A stretch of DNA of 64,000 nt, taken from contig ML978136.1 in NCBI GenBank assembly GCA_010015805.1, forward strand, positions 496,001 to 560,000. The letters run 5' to 3'. Below, piece by piece: positions 47,968 through 58,391 of the stretch (its first letter is position 1; every line of letters starts with the position of its first letter). The notes under the pieces were generated by a model, which saw nothing but the letters and a program-made list of their open reading frames with translations, was not told the origin of the DNA and searched no databases. A program made the position numbers and the translations under genes. The DNA comes from Rhizodiscina lignyota. Its lineage: Eukaryota.

Positions 47968-49100
47968 TCACTGCTCCTTCTTGCTGTCCACCGGCTCATA
48001 CTTTCTATCATCCTCGCCTTCCACCTCTTTCACAATCGTCTCCATCTCTACCTTTTGCCGGTCCCACTCTGCCTTGCCCATCTTCGTCTCCCTCCGGAAC
48101 AACTCTTCATTCGGCTTCCTGTAGCTACCGCCAAGGCGGTCCCACAGGGTCGTGAACTGGCCATAATTGTAGTTGAAGTACAAATGGTGCATCGTATGGC
48201 ACGCCGCACCATTCACCACCACGCTTTGGCTGATGTACTCGCCGTCATGAATCATGACCGTCCAGATGTTGATGAACACGAACAAAAAGATGTACGCGAA
48301 TTTCTGCAGCGGGAACACGAATGGGAAGACGTGGTACGGCACGCTCTGCGACCAGCCGTCGACTGGATGAAACGCATGTGACGCATACGGTGTCGGCATG
48401 ATCCACTTGTGGTGCGGCTTGTGCAGCGTCTTGTATACGAGCGGGTGATGTAGGCCGCGGTGTATCAAATATATGAAGAAGTCCGTAAAGCAGATGAACA
48501 ATGGGAACTGGAAGAAGTTGTACCACATGCCCGGACCCTCGGCGGTCGTGTCGTATATCTTGGAGTAGCCGCGAACTTCGGCGAGGAAGAAGGGCACAGT
48601 GAGGAGCGCCATGCCGGGAAAAGACGATATGGATTGCTTGATCTCCATGGACATTTGGTTACGGAGGAACTTGGGATGCTGGAAGGCGGTCTTGTCGAAT
48701 ACGAAGTAGTAAGAGAGGCTAGCGCAAGTGAAGTATATGACTATACCAAAGAGCCTAGAAGAAATGTATTAGCTATTATGTACGACTACTGTATGCCATT
48801 GAAGGAGAGTAGGGCACCATACCAAGTAATTAAGAACAAGCTTACGGCTTGTCTATAAATACTGTCCCTCGGCCATTGGCTCATGTATGCATACTGAGAT
48901 GGAGAAAAGGAGAGCATCTGGCTTGCTGGGTGGTATTGCCAATTGTAGGGCGTTGGCGTCTCTAGCATGCTCGAGTAGGTCGCATTCGGTGTCTGCTGGG
49001 AGAGCGCATATTGTGATTGGACCGATTGGGAGACTGGCAAGACGGTCGCGTACATGCGGTCGAATAAGAAGGTGTCGAACACCTCAAGGACGACGTCCAT
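47968..49100 (-). CDS. ERG3: C-5 sterol desaturase
   Basis: [14 protein letters not shown] start; intron 48755-48822; histidine boxes HRGLH, HKPHH and [24 protein letters not shown]. Confidence 0.96.
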
Positions 49101-49491
49101 CGCGAACAATTGGCGTTGCGCCTAAGTATTTGTCAAGTAGGTAAGTCGCGATTCGTTAAGCAGATCTGATGTGAATTCACTAGGAGAGGCTTCTGAATTG
49201 GCGTGCAGTCCAGTTCGGTTGGAGCAGACACAGCAAGACGAAGGGAGGAGGAAGTGAAGAACGCGAGGAGAGGGCGTGTCTTGGTATTTCTGAGGCAGTG
49301 AGGAGGCAATGGTGGTTTATTGCCTCTGGAGATCGTCGACCCACACAACCGCTGAATTTCCATCAAGGGGGCGCGCGCTTAACTCCGATTGTGCCGATAT
49401 TTGGTAAGGAGCTGTACTTTCGGAAAAGCGAGCTTACAGGGGCTAGCAACACTGTAAGCTATCCTCTGCATCTACACGTGTGTCTTGCCCG

Positions 49492-49498
49492 TCGTATA
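49492..49498. promoter_or_regulatory. Putative sterol regulatory element (TCGTATA) upstream of ERG3
   Basis: Exact match to the yeast Upc2/Ecm22 SRE core, about 390 bp upstream of the ERG3 ATG. A CACGTG E-box lies at 49475-49480. Confidence 0.4.
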
Positions 49499-50126
49499 CC
49501 TCCTCTATACAACCCCCTCCAGGGAGGTGCGCTCCTGATCGGCACCGTCGTCGGCGCTGGAACACTTTCTTAGCTAAGGGCTGCAACTTAGTTACAGTCC
49601 TATACTTGAAACGTACCTAAGAGCAAGAGGAACTAAACTGTCGCACGCTAATAGGAGGGCACAGATCAGCTTGGCCTGTCGTCTGACCCGTGCCAACACT
49701 GAGAGTGGTGCTCCTTAGCCACGACCGAGGGAGATCCACCGCCAGAGCACCGTCTCATCGGCTGGGACAGTTCCCGCTGGACTGACTCTGAGCGAAAAGT
49801 CACCTCATCCCCAACTCGTCTGTGAAGAGGAGTTCCAAGACTCCGCGGCTGCGATATCGCTCCGATGCACACATGGAGTTCTGGTGAGCTGATGGCTCTG
49901 CAGGGACCTCGGGACTGGATGTCTCGTTCTCTGCAAGGTACACCTGAAGTATATGTTTTAGATCAACGTTCCAATCTGTTCGCTGCAGTTGGCTAGCGCA
50001 TACTGATCTCAAATTCTCGCTTTTACGTCACTTTTTCTCGGAAGCTGGTGGACGGCTATATATTACACTCCTCGGATTGTCTCTTTCATCTCTTTAGCAT
50101 AGGTATCCGGCATCAGACGCCTCACA

Positions 50127-50850
50127 ATGTCGTCCAGTATCAAGCCGCTAATCCTGCACGCTCACGGTACGGGCCCAAATCCGTATAAGGTCGCTATTGT
50201 GCTCGAATCTTTGAATCTTCCATACGAGGTTAAGCTTTGGCAATTCGGCACCGATCCCAAAAATGGCGTCAAGGGAACAACTTTTCTGGCCATCAACGAA
50301 AATGGACGTGTGCCTGCACTCGAGGATCCCAATACAGGAGTCGTTTCATGGGAGTCTCTCGCGGTTATCAACTACATCCTAAGAGTTTATGACAAGCAGG
50401 GCAAGCTTGGGCCAGGTCCGTCAGAGCAGGAGCATGTTGACTTTGACAAATGGACGGCCCTTCTCGTGAGCACGGTGGTGAGTTATAGATTCTGTAACTT
50501 TGTGAGAAATTGGCAATAACGCGCAACAGGGTCCCATGATGGGCCAAGTGAACTGGTTCAAGCACTACCATCCAACAAAGAACGAAGATGCTATTCGGCG
50601 ATACGAGGAAGAGACACTCAAGTACTACGGCGTAGTCGAAGGCCAGCTGAAGAAATCAACAAGCGGCTTCATCCTCCCGAAGGGATTCACCGCGGTAGAT
50701 GCGCACTTCTACCCGTGGATTTACCAACACGACTTTGCGGGATTGAGTCTTGACAAGTATCCCGCGTTAGCACAATGGTTTGAAAAGGTCAAGAGCTTGC
50801 CAGCAGTCAAGAATGCTTATGCCGCGGTCCAAAATGGACAGAAGTTGTAG
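50127..50850 (+). CDS. Glutathione S-transferase (Ure2p-like / GST-N + GST-C)
   Basis: GPNPYKVAIVLESLNLPY, FLAINENGRVPALED and WESLAVINYI. Intron 50478-50529 joins to GPMMGQVNWF; FTAVDAHFYPW follows. Confidence 0.93.
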
Positions 50851-51152
50851 CGTGATCGATAGACATGACGAAAACAGAATGATTCTCCAAGGCAACAGTG
50901 TTTTGTGGCACAACCACCGGCCTTACACGGGCCCCACAGTTCAGGCTCCTATTTGTTTGGCTCAGTGAATGGCTTTTACAACACCAGCTTCCGAGAACAC
51001 AATTCTCTCACCACTCCTTCTCTTCCTTCCAATTTGTTCCTTCTTGCTTTCGAGCCACGACTGGAAAAATACGTCGTGTTTTCTACATTCGAATCACAAA
51101 ACTCGACCCGAGACAGTCCAGTACTTTGCTAGCACTGCGTACGAAACCCGCA

Positions 51153-52085
51153 ATGAGGAAGGCCAAGATGAGGAAAACCACAACGAGGCCTACCGGTATT
51201 CTTGCATTTGCGCCACCAGATTCAGTCCAGAAAGTGGGTAACTTCCACCAGCAGGAACAAAGCCGATTTTGCAATCTACCCATGGAACTGCGCTTCGAAA
51301 TCTATCGCAATGTCATCTTTACCCACGATGTCGACGCTGCTTTCAGAGCCGAAGAGCTGGGAAAACAAGCAGGAGCGCGGAAAGCAATAATGAGCGCTGT
51401 TATCAGACTCTCACGCACAGCCAAGAGGATCAACATCGAGCTCGAAAAGATCATCCCATTCGACAAGATGGCGCTGGTCTTCGACTGCGACAATTTCCCT
51501 CCCCAAATCGTCATGAATTGTTCACGCCTCTGCACCGATCACCGGCTCCTTACCTTGATGGGACGAGCTGAGATGGCTCAGCTGATCGCAACGAATTTCG
51601 AAGGCCCGTGGGACTGGACGCTCTCACAGAAAGACAAGGATCTGACATTCATTATGATGGGGCTTCAAAAGATAGACCAGTTGCGTGAGTTGGTGGTCAC
51701 GATGAAATGTCGGGTTGGTTCCGACAAAGAGCTGGCCGAGGAGCTGAAGCAAGAGGAAGATGAGCTTCGTGCTCAAGAAGACACGCGTCTATACAAGACA
51801 CTGGCGGAGGGGCTGGATCAAGAGGGAGATGAGCGTCGTGCTCATGGGCACGCTCATCCGTACGAGAGCCTGGTAGAAGATCTTGTCACACTGCGTGCAG
51901 ACCCCAGCATCATCTTCAAGCGCGGCTGTGATCACAGCTATTGTGGCCCTTCTGCTGAGTGGCTGTGGCATTTTGGGAAAGTTGAGATGTACTCCTTCGG
52001 GAAGGAGCGCATGTGTGGCGAGATGGGAGAGGAAAGAAGGTGCGGTGGATACCTGGAAGCTCCAGAGTGGATTAGTATGGTGTAA
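51153..52085 (+). CDS. F-box-like hypothetical protein
   Basis: Probable ATG at MRKAKMRK. QEQSRFCNLPMELRFEIYRNVI motif followed by IRLSRTAKRINIE. Intronless. Confidence 0.7.
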   Translation: MRKAKMRKTTTRPTGILAFAPPDSVQKVGNFHQQEQSRFCNLPMELRFEIYRNVIFTHDVDAAFRAEELGKQAGARKAIMSAVIRLSRTAKRINIELEKIIPFDKMALVFDCDNFPPQIVMNCSRLCTDHRLLTLMGRAEMAQLIATNFEGPWDWTLSQKDKDLTFIMMGLQKIDQLRELVVTMKCRVGSDKELAEELKQEEDELRAQEDTRLYKTLAEGLDQEGDERRAHGHAHPYESLVEDLVTLRADPSIIFKRGCDHSYCGPSAEWLWHFGKVEMYSFGKERMCGEMGEERRCGGYLEAPEWISMV

Positions 52086-52916
52086 ATGCAGACCGACGGA
52101 GATAGAGTCTGCTCTCCAATGTCAATAGAGGTTTCTTTGGAGGTGGATGACGTCAAGCAAACACACGATCAAAAGGCAGTGCATTTCTTCGGAAGAGAGA
52201 GACTTTTATGCGGTTCCAAGTTTTCAGAACCGATCCCACTATCCCGTACAGTGTGAAACCAACCTTTCCGGACATCTTTCAACTTTTTGCCGTGTCCAGT
52301 GCTCCTACACGCACACCTCTCTATACCATTATACTCATTGAGTTTTCAAAGCAACAAGAGGAGCGTACTTACTAAGTCAAATCGTTGTGGCAATAGTCGT
52401 GTTCAATTATCACGGAAGCCTCTTTCATGGTCTTAACACAGATACCTAAATATGCACCAGACACTTCACCATCGCCGACGTTTGGACGCTATCTCGGGCG
52501 AATCGAGCAGTATAGGTCTGGGCCCGAAGCAGTACTCATTAGCATATCGAATTGTTCTTGAAAGGGGCCTTCTAGGCAAGTGCACAAGCGCAGAGCAGAT
52601 ACTGCGGCGGTTGTGATGTAACACACCCTTTGTCATCGTCGGCGACATTGCTCCACAGGCTCAGCAGCCGAAAGAGTGTAACGTTCAAACTGCAACGACG
52701 CCGATAATCACGTTCAATTGTTATGGAAGCCACCTTCTCGCCTTTGTCGTAAACGACAAAGTGGCTTTGGTCTGTCTTTCAAGCTGTCTGGAATGCAAAC
52801 TTTCACGCCGGCAAGGCAATCATCGAGCAAACGTATTCCTCTATATTACCTGCCCTAATGCTGTGTAGGCTGGATGGAGAAGACAAGGCGCACTCTTTAC
52901 ATTCTGTGATCTTATC

Positions 52917-53684
52917 ATGTCTTCCTCTTCCAGCCGTTCAGCCGTCACTATCGTTGATAGTGAAGAAGCAGTACGGTCGCTCCTTGAGAAAATCACAGGT
53001 CTTCCAGTCTATCCTCCATCTCTCTATTGTGATCTCGAAGGCGTCAAGCTCAGCCGCCATGGTTCAATCTCTATCTTCTCCTTGTACGTTCGCCCGACAC
53101 AACAGGCCTATCTGATCGACGTCCACACCTTGGGTGCGAAAGCATTCGACACCGCAACAGCAGACAATGTCTCTCTCAGAACGATTCTGGAGTCCACAAC
53201 GATCCCCAAAGTGTTCTTTGACATCCGAAACGACTCCGACGCTCTCTTCGCCCACTACAAGATCTCTGTTGCGGAAGTCAAAGACCTGCAGTTGATGGAG
53301 CTTGCTACGCGGAGCTTCGGAAAGAAATTCGTCGCCGGATTGGCCAAATGTATCGAAAGGGACAGCTCCCTTTCCCACGCTGAGAGAACCGATTGGATGC
53401 AAACGAAGGAAGATGTTACAAAGCTCTACGCCCCTGAGAGCGGTGGTACTTACGAAGTCTTCAATGAGCGTCCTATGAGGCAAGTGATCAGCCAATACTG
53501 TGAACGGGATGTAGCTCTCCTTCCGCACCTCTTTGATATCTACGATGCGAAGCTCCGGAAACCTGGTATGAGCCACTGGCCGGGCAAGGTACAAGCAGCT
53601 ACTCTGGACCGAATCGAGGAGTCGCAAAGTGCAGGTTACGATCCAAACTCGTCGTTCAAGACGTACGCGCCCGGCACTTGGTAA
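52917..53684 (+). CDS. DEDDy-type 3'-5' exonuclease (RNase D / EXD1-like)
   Basis: ExoI LYCDLEG, ExoII KVFFDIRNDSDAL, DLQLME and ExoIII YCERDV. Intronless, 255 aa. Confidence 0.9.
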   Translation: MSSSSSRSAVTIVDSEEAVRSLLEKITGLPVYPPSLYCDLEGVKLSRHGSISIFSLYVRPTQQAYLIDVHTLGAKAFDTATADNVSLRTILESTTIPKVFFDIRNDSDALFAHYKISVAEVKDLQLMELATRSFGKKFVAGLAKCIERDSSLSHAERTDWMQTKEDVTKLYAPESGGTYEVFNERPMRQVISQYCERDVALLPHLFDIYDAKLRKPGMSHWPGKVQAATLDRIEESQSAGYDPNSSFKTYAPGTW

Positions 53685-56524
53685 CTTTCAGGAGCTTGGG
53701 GTTTGGAGGAGCCTGTGTTCATTTTTACGCAATTGCTAAGAAGACAGAGGTACTAAGAGATTCCATAGGATGAGTGAAGACGTTACTTTGTACAAAACCA
53801 GATATCAAAATGCTGTAGAATGATGCTACAAACCGTTCGTTGCATGCCTTGCTTAACAGTTTACTATGTGCGTGAAGCCGCATCACAGTGACTACACACC
53901 ACGGACCAGTCTGAAACCGACATATGGCATTTAAGTTCCATATACAGCAAGTCCAGCTCAGCAAGGCCAGTTTATGCAATGGAACCAAACTGCCCAATGG
54001 AAAACTCCAAAAACATGGCAACATATCTTCGGTATACTTCCTTCACCGAAGCCCTACATTCAGACAAAACGCCGACTACCCGGAGGGCTGCAATCAGCGA
54101 ACTCCGATTTGACGCCCAGCGCCATCATTTCTCAATCTTCTCATTCTTCCTGCCCACATCGTAGTCCAGATTCACCACACGCGCACGGCACGTCGTTCCG
54201 CATGCATGATCGTCCTGCAAGCAACACTCGAAGCGCCCACCTCGCCTTCCCACATGCGAACATATCTCCGGAGTTGGCCCCGTTCTCACCAACTGTGCCA
54301 CAGGAGCAGTAGCAGTCATGTACGTACCTGACTGCTCTCTCGTATCCTCATCCTTATGCCCCAGTGATGGTGTGGTGTCACACACCGGGAGCCTGGAATT
54401 GCCGAGCGCTCATGCAGCATGCCAATATCTGAATCGAATCTCAACCTTATTTGCGCGAATCAAAGAAAACGCTGCTGCTCAATTTTGTGACCGTACCTCA
54501 TCTAGTCTCGATCGCAGAAGGCGGTAGGAGGAATTCGAGGCCGCCTTATCCTTACGAAACGCATGAATCGCTTCTCCTTCATCCACTCAAGCTCTGCTCA
54601 TGACTCTCCTCCCTGGTTTTTTTTCTCTCCACGCTCCCATCAAATCTCGACACCTGCGCCGCAGGCCAAGTGGCATCACCTCATCACTCATCGTCACCTC
54701 CAGCACCTCCACCACCATCAGCGTCTGCAAATTCTCCGCGTTATGCGCGAATTCCCCCAAGAAAAGGGCTCGCCCCACGCGGGCACCACCAACCCCATCG
54801 AGAGCCGCCATACTCAGCAACTCGCATCAAATCACCACCCACCACCTCCGTTTCCAGCGCACCAATGCTGGAAAATGCAACGCCTTTCTCTGTAACTTTT
54901 CGGTAAGCGACGCAGAGATCAAGCAAGATCCCTTCTCGTCCGGCACACTCCCGCCAATCTGGCAGCAGGGCAACGCGGACCGGCGCAGCGGCTCGTCTTC
55001 CACCCGCACCTCCCTTGCCCTCCACCAGAAGCAGCTGGCAGCTTCGGTAGGTGGACGCTGTCGTGCCGCTGGAGATGGAAAAGCTGCCCTGGCTCTACTC
55101 TCTGTGCCCTGAAGAGGGAAGTCGCTCAAATGAGAAATTTGTCGTGTCATCTGCAGTGCAGTTTTTCTCTTCATCTCATCCCATCGGTTTCTGGGAAGGT
55201 GGATGAGGCTGTCACAACCAACCCCACACGCTCTCCGCGCCCCAATCCGTTTTCCGCATGCGAATGCGAGGCCTGATAGTGGTTGGAGCGCCCGTGAGAG
55301 GCTCGTGGTTCGGGAGACGTGATTGAATTGGTCGAAAAATTCGATTGTTTCCGCCGAAACTGCGCTGCGCACACTCGCCGATTGCGTCAAGCATCGCTCG
55401 CATTTGACCTGCAAACCCTCCTGCAGTCACGCTGCGCGCCCATTTGCGTCAGAGTGCTTGAAAATTTGACCGTTGAAGCCTTTGTCTGCCCGGCGAGGAA
55501 ACGCTTTGGTGGAACTGGGCTAGGTTCCAGAGCACTCCCCTCCGGATTCGAGCCCACAGTATTGGACCGCCCGCGTGGTGATCAGCATCATCAGTACGCT
55601 TTGGAGATTGATCAGCGATGCGAGTCGAGATATTGGAAACTCAGAGGCGTCGTCGGTTGGTCGGCGCAACATCGCTTGCGATCGCAGCCTGTTTCTTGAA
55701 TGCCCATGCCCTCCCCAGCTGAAGATCCGATCTTATCGCGACCGCTCCGCTCGGAGGCGTCCGATTGTCCAGCTCGAGGTGTGGAGGCGTATAGATAAAC
55801 GTTGTCGACTCCTCATTCAATCGAGTCACGTTTAAAGGGTCGTGGGCCGCGGAGATGTCGGGCGCTTCCGCCAGTCGACTCCTGTGTGCTCACCTGCCAT
55901 CTGGCAGGCATGACAGCTCACAGCTGTGCAGCTCGTGACGGTGCGTTGAACTCAACTGCATCAGATAGACATGAGAACACAGGGCAAAGAAGAATTTTAT
56001 GTCTAATTTCGCGAGCGTCGAATTATTGGGGTATCAACTAAGAGTAACCACAATGCCTCCAGCCTTCGATGATTATTTTCTAAGAGGCGAGGCTGCGCTT
56101 CCCTTCCTTGGGAGTGACCGTGGGCAAAGCGAATGCAAAAGCCAAAGCCAATGTTATGCCCCCAAAATCCGAAAACAAAGGCCAAATCGAAACAGGAAAG
56201 AAAGGGTAAAATACAGTCATAAATCATAGACCCAGAGTTCCATCCCATCAGTGCTGCCTCCCAGTCCCAAGGTCCCAAGTGACCTTGCTCCGATACCTAG
56301 CCCGGGAGCAGCGACAGTGGCGCTCAACCTGCGACTTGATTGCGCCTTCCATCTAAAATCCCTTGAATATCATAAGCCAGGTTCGTTTGGAAGGATATTG
56401 TTTGTTGTTCATCGTATCGTGATCTCGTGAACACCGCCGACGCCGATTCCGGTTCTCAAATGAATTTTGTCAATGAACCGAACTCCTCGAATATCAGAGC
56501 GTCCGACATAACGGGCCCTCGCAT

Positions 56525-58391
56525 TTAGAACATCTTCCTCTCAGGGAAGGCCGAATCTCCGAAACTATGCAGGCCATGGCCATTGAAGTCGTAAGCATGG
56601 CCCTGCACAGGACCGCCAGCAGCAGCGCCAAAGTCGTCCTCGCTCACAGTGCTGGATCGACTACTCCGACTCTGTAGCTGGACGCTAGACGGGCCGCGCT
56701 TCATCACCCGGCCGCCCATGACACCTCTCGTCGGGCTGACGGGTGCTGAAGCGGCGTGAGGTGGAGGAGTTCTGGAGCCCATGGAGCTAGGGTGGTGCAT
56801 ATGATCGTTGGAGCCGCCGGCGTTGGTCGAGATACGGCGGTCTTTGCCGCGGCCTTTGATGCCTTTGTTGGAGTTCTTGTAGAGCGAAGCAAAGTACTCC
56901 CAAAGATCCTTGTCGGCGACTGTGACCGGGTCGCCTTCAGAAATGGAGGCGAACTTCGTAGCGAGGTAGCGCAGTGTTTGGGCATGGAACTTGTTTTGGT
57001 GAGACTGGTAGACTGTTAGTGGACTGTCCTAATAGCAACGATGAACGACCGAAAATCATCAACAAGTCGACGCAAAGTTGCCATTACTAAGAAAATTGTT
57101 TGTCATATCCATAGACAATACGAGAGTAATTCCCTGACCGGACTGAGAGAGACGAAATGGGGGACCATCAATCGCCACAGCACGTGAAAGGAGCGAAGGA
57201 ATATCGGCCCGTATTGCCGCCTAGGAAACTTTCGAAACACGGAAGGAAAAACGAAAACAGGCGAAGCTCGTTGATGGATGTCGCGACAAAACAAATATGA
57301 AACTCACCTTCAAATTGCCTAGTTGGGTGAACTGTTTGCCGCATTCGTCCAATTTGCAGGTAAATGGTTTAATCTGCTGGTGGACGATCTTGTGCGCCCT
57401 GACATTGCCACGCTGCGCAAAGGCTTTGCCGCAGATGTCGCAGTTGTAAGGTCGCTCACCAGTGTGACGGCGTTCGTGGGTCTAAATTGGAGTGTTAGCC
57501 TTACGAGTCCTAAGTGACATGTGGCCGAAAAAGCGTACCTTGAGATTGCCAAGCTGAGAAAATCGCTGGCCGCAGGAGGGTTCTTTGCAGACCTGAGATA
57601 AGAATATGTCAGAAGTGCGCACTAATGCCGTGTTTACATCATGTACGTACAAATGGTTTGACTCCGGTATGCGCCCGCTTGTGGATCTCGAGATGCGTCT
57701 TCTGGTAGAAGCTCTTGTTGCAGTCCGGAATATCGCATTGGTATCGTTTTCTGGTCTTCTGGACGCTCTTTGGTGCTTCAACTGGAGCGGGCATTGCCTG
57801 CCTGGCCGGCTGTTGTTGCTGCTGGGTCTTGGGCGGTGTTGAATGCGTCTTGGCCTGGATGGCTTTCATGAGAACATCGACATCTGTGTTAAAATTGATG
57901 AGTCCGTTATCAGAGTCGCTCGAGTTTGAACTTCTGTAGTCATCCATGATAGAATGGTCGTTAAACAGTTGGCTTGGTTGGATGGGCGAGCTGTCCTCAG
58001 TCTTGATGGACGGGCTTCGGTGTGCGATGCCCGAAATGCTGTTTCTGGCTTCTCTTACGTGTGGGACGGCGCTCGAAAGATCGATGGCACCAGGGAAGGT
58101 CGCAGAATGGGAGAGGGATGGTGGTGCATATGTGACCGGCACTTGGTGCTGAACGTTATATGGGTTAATTGAGAGCGTCTCGAAGCCGTAGGCGCCGGCC
58201 TGGAAGGGAATTTGATTTTGAACAGTGTTCCCAAATAGAGGAACTGTCAGATCAATATGTGTCGGATGGTAGGATCGCGGATTTGAGGGTGCGGTGGTAG
58301 TTGGCATATAACCAGACATGCCCATGTGCATCTGGCCCGAGGAACGTCGTTGCCAGAGACCTGGGTGCTGCGGAGCTACAATTGCTGCCAT
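56525..58391 (-). CDS. AZF1: Azf1-like four-finger C2H2 transcription factor
   Basis: Four exons (introns 57593-57650, 57482-57538, 57005-57307). Fingers include [59 protein letters not shown] and [15 protein letters not shown]. The post-finger motif [18 protein letters not shown] is characteristic of Azf1. Confidence 0.92.

Noticed and set aside
55530..55580. GGGCTCGAATCC on the - strand resembles a tRNA T-loop/B-box
   Set aside because: The flanks do not form a T-stem, acceptor stem or cloverleaf.
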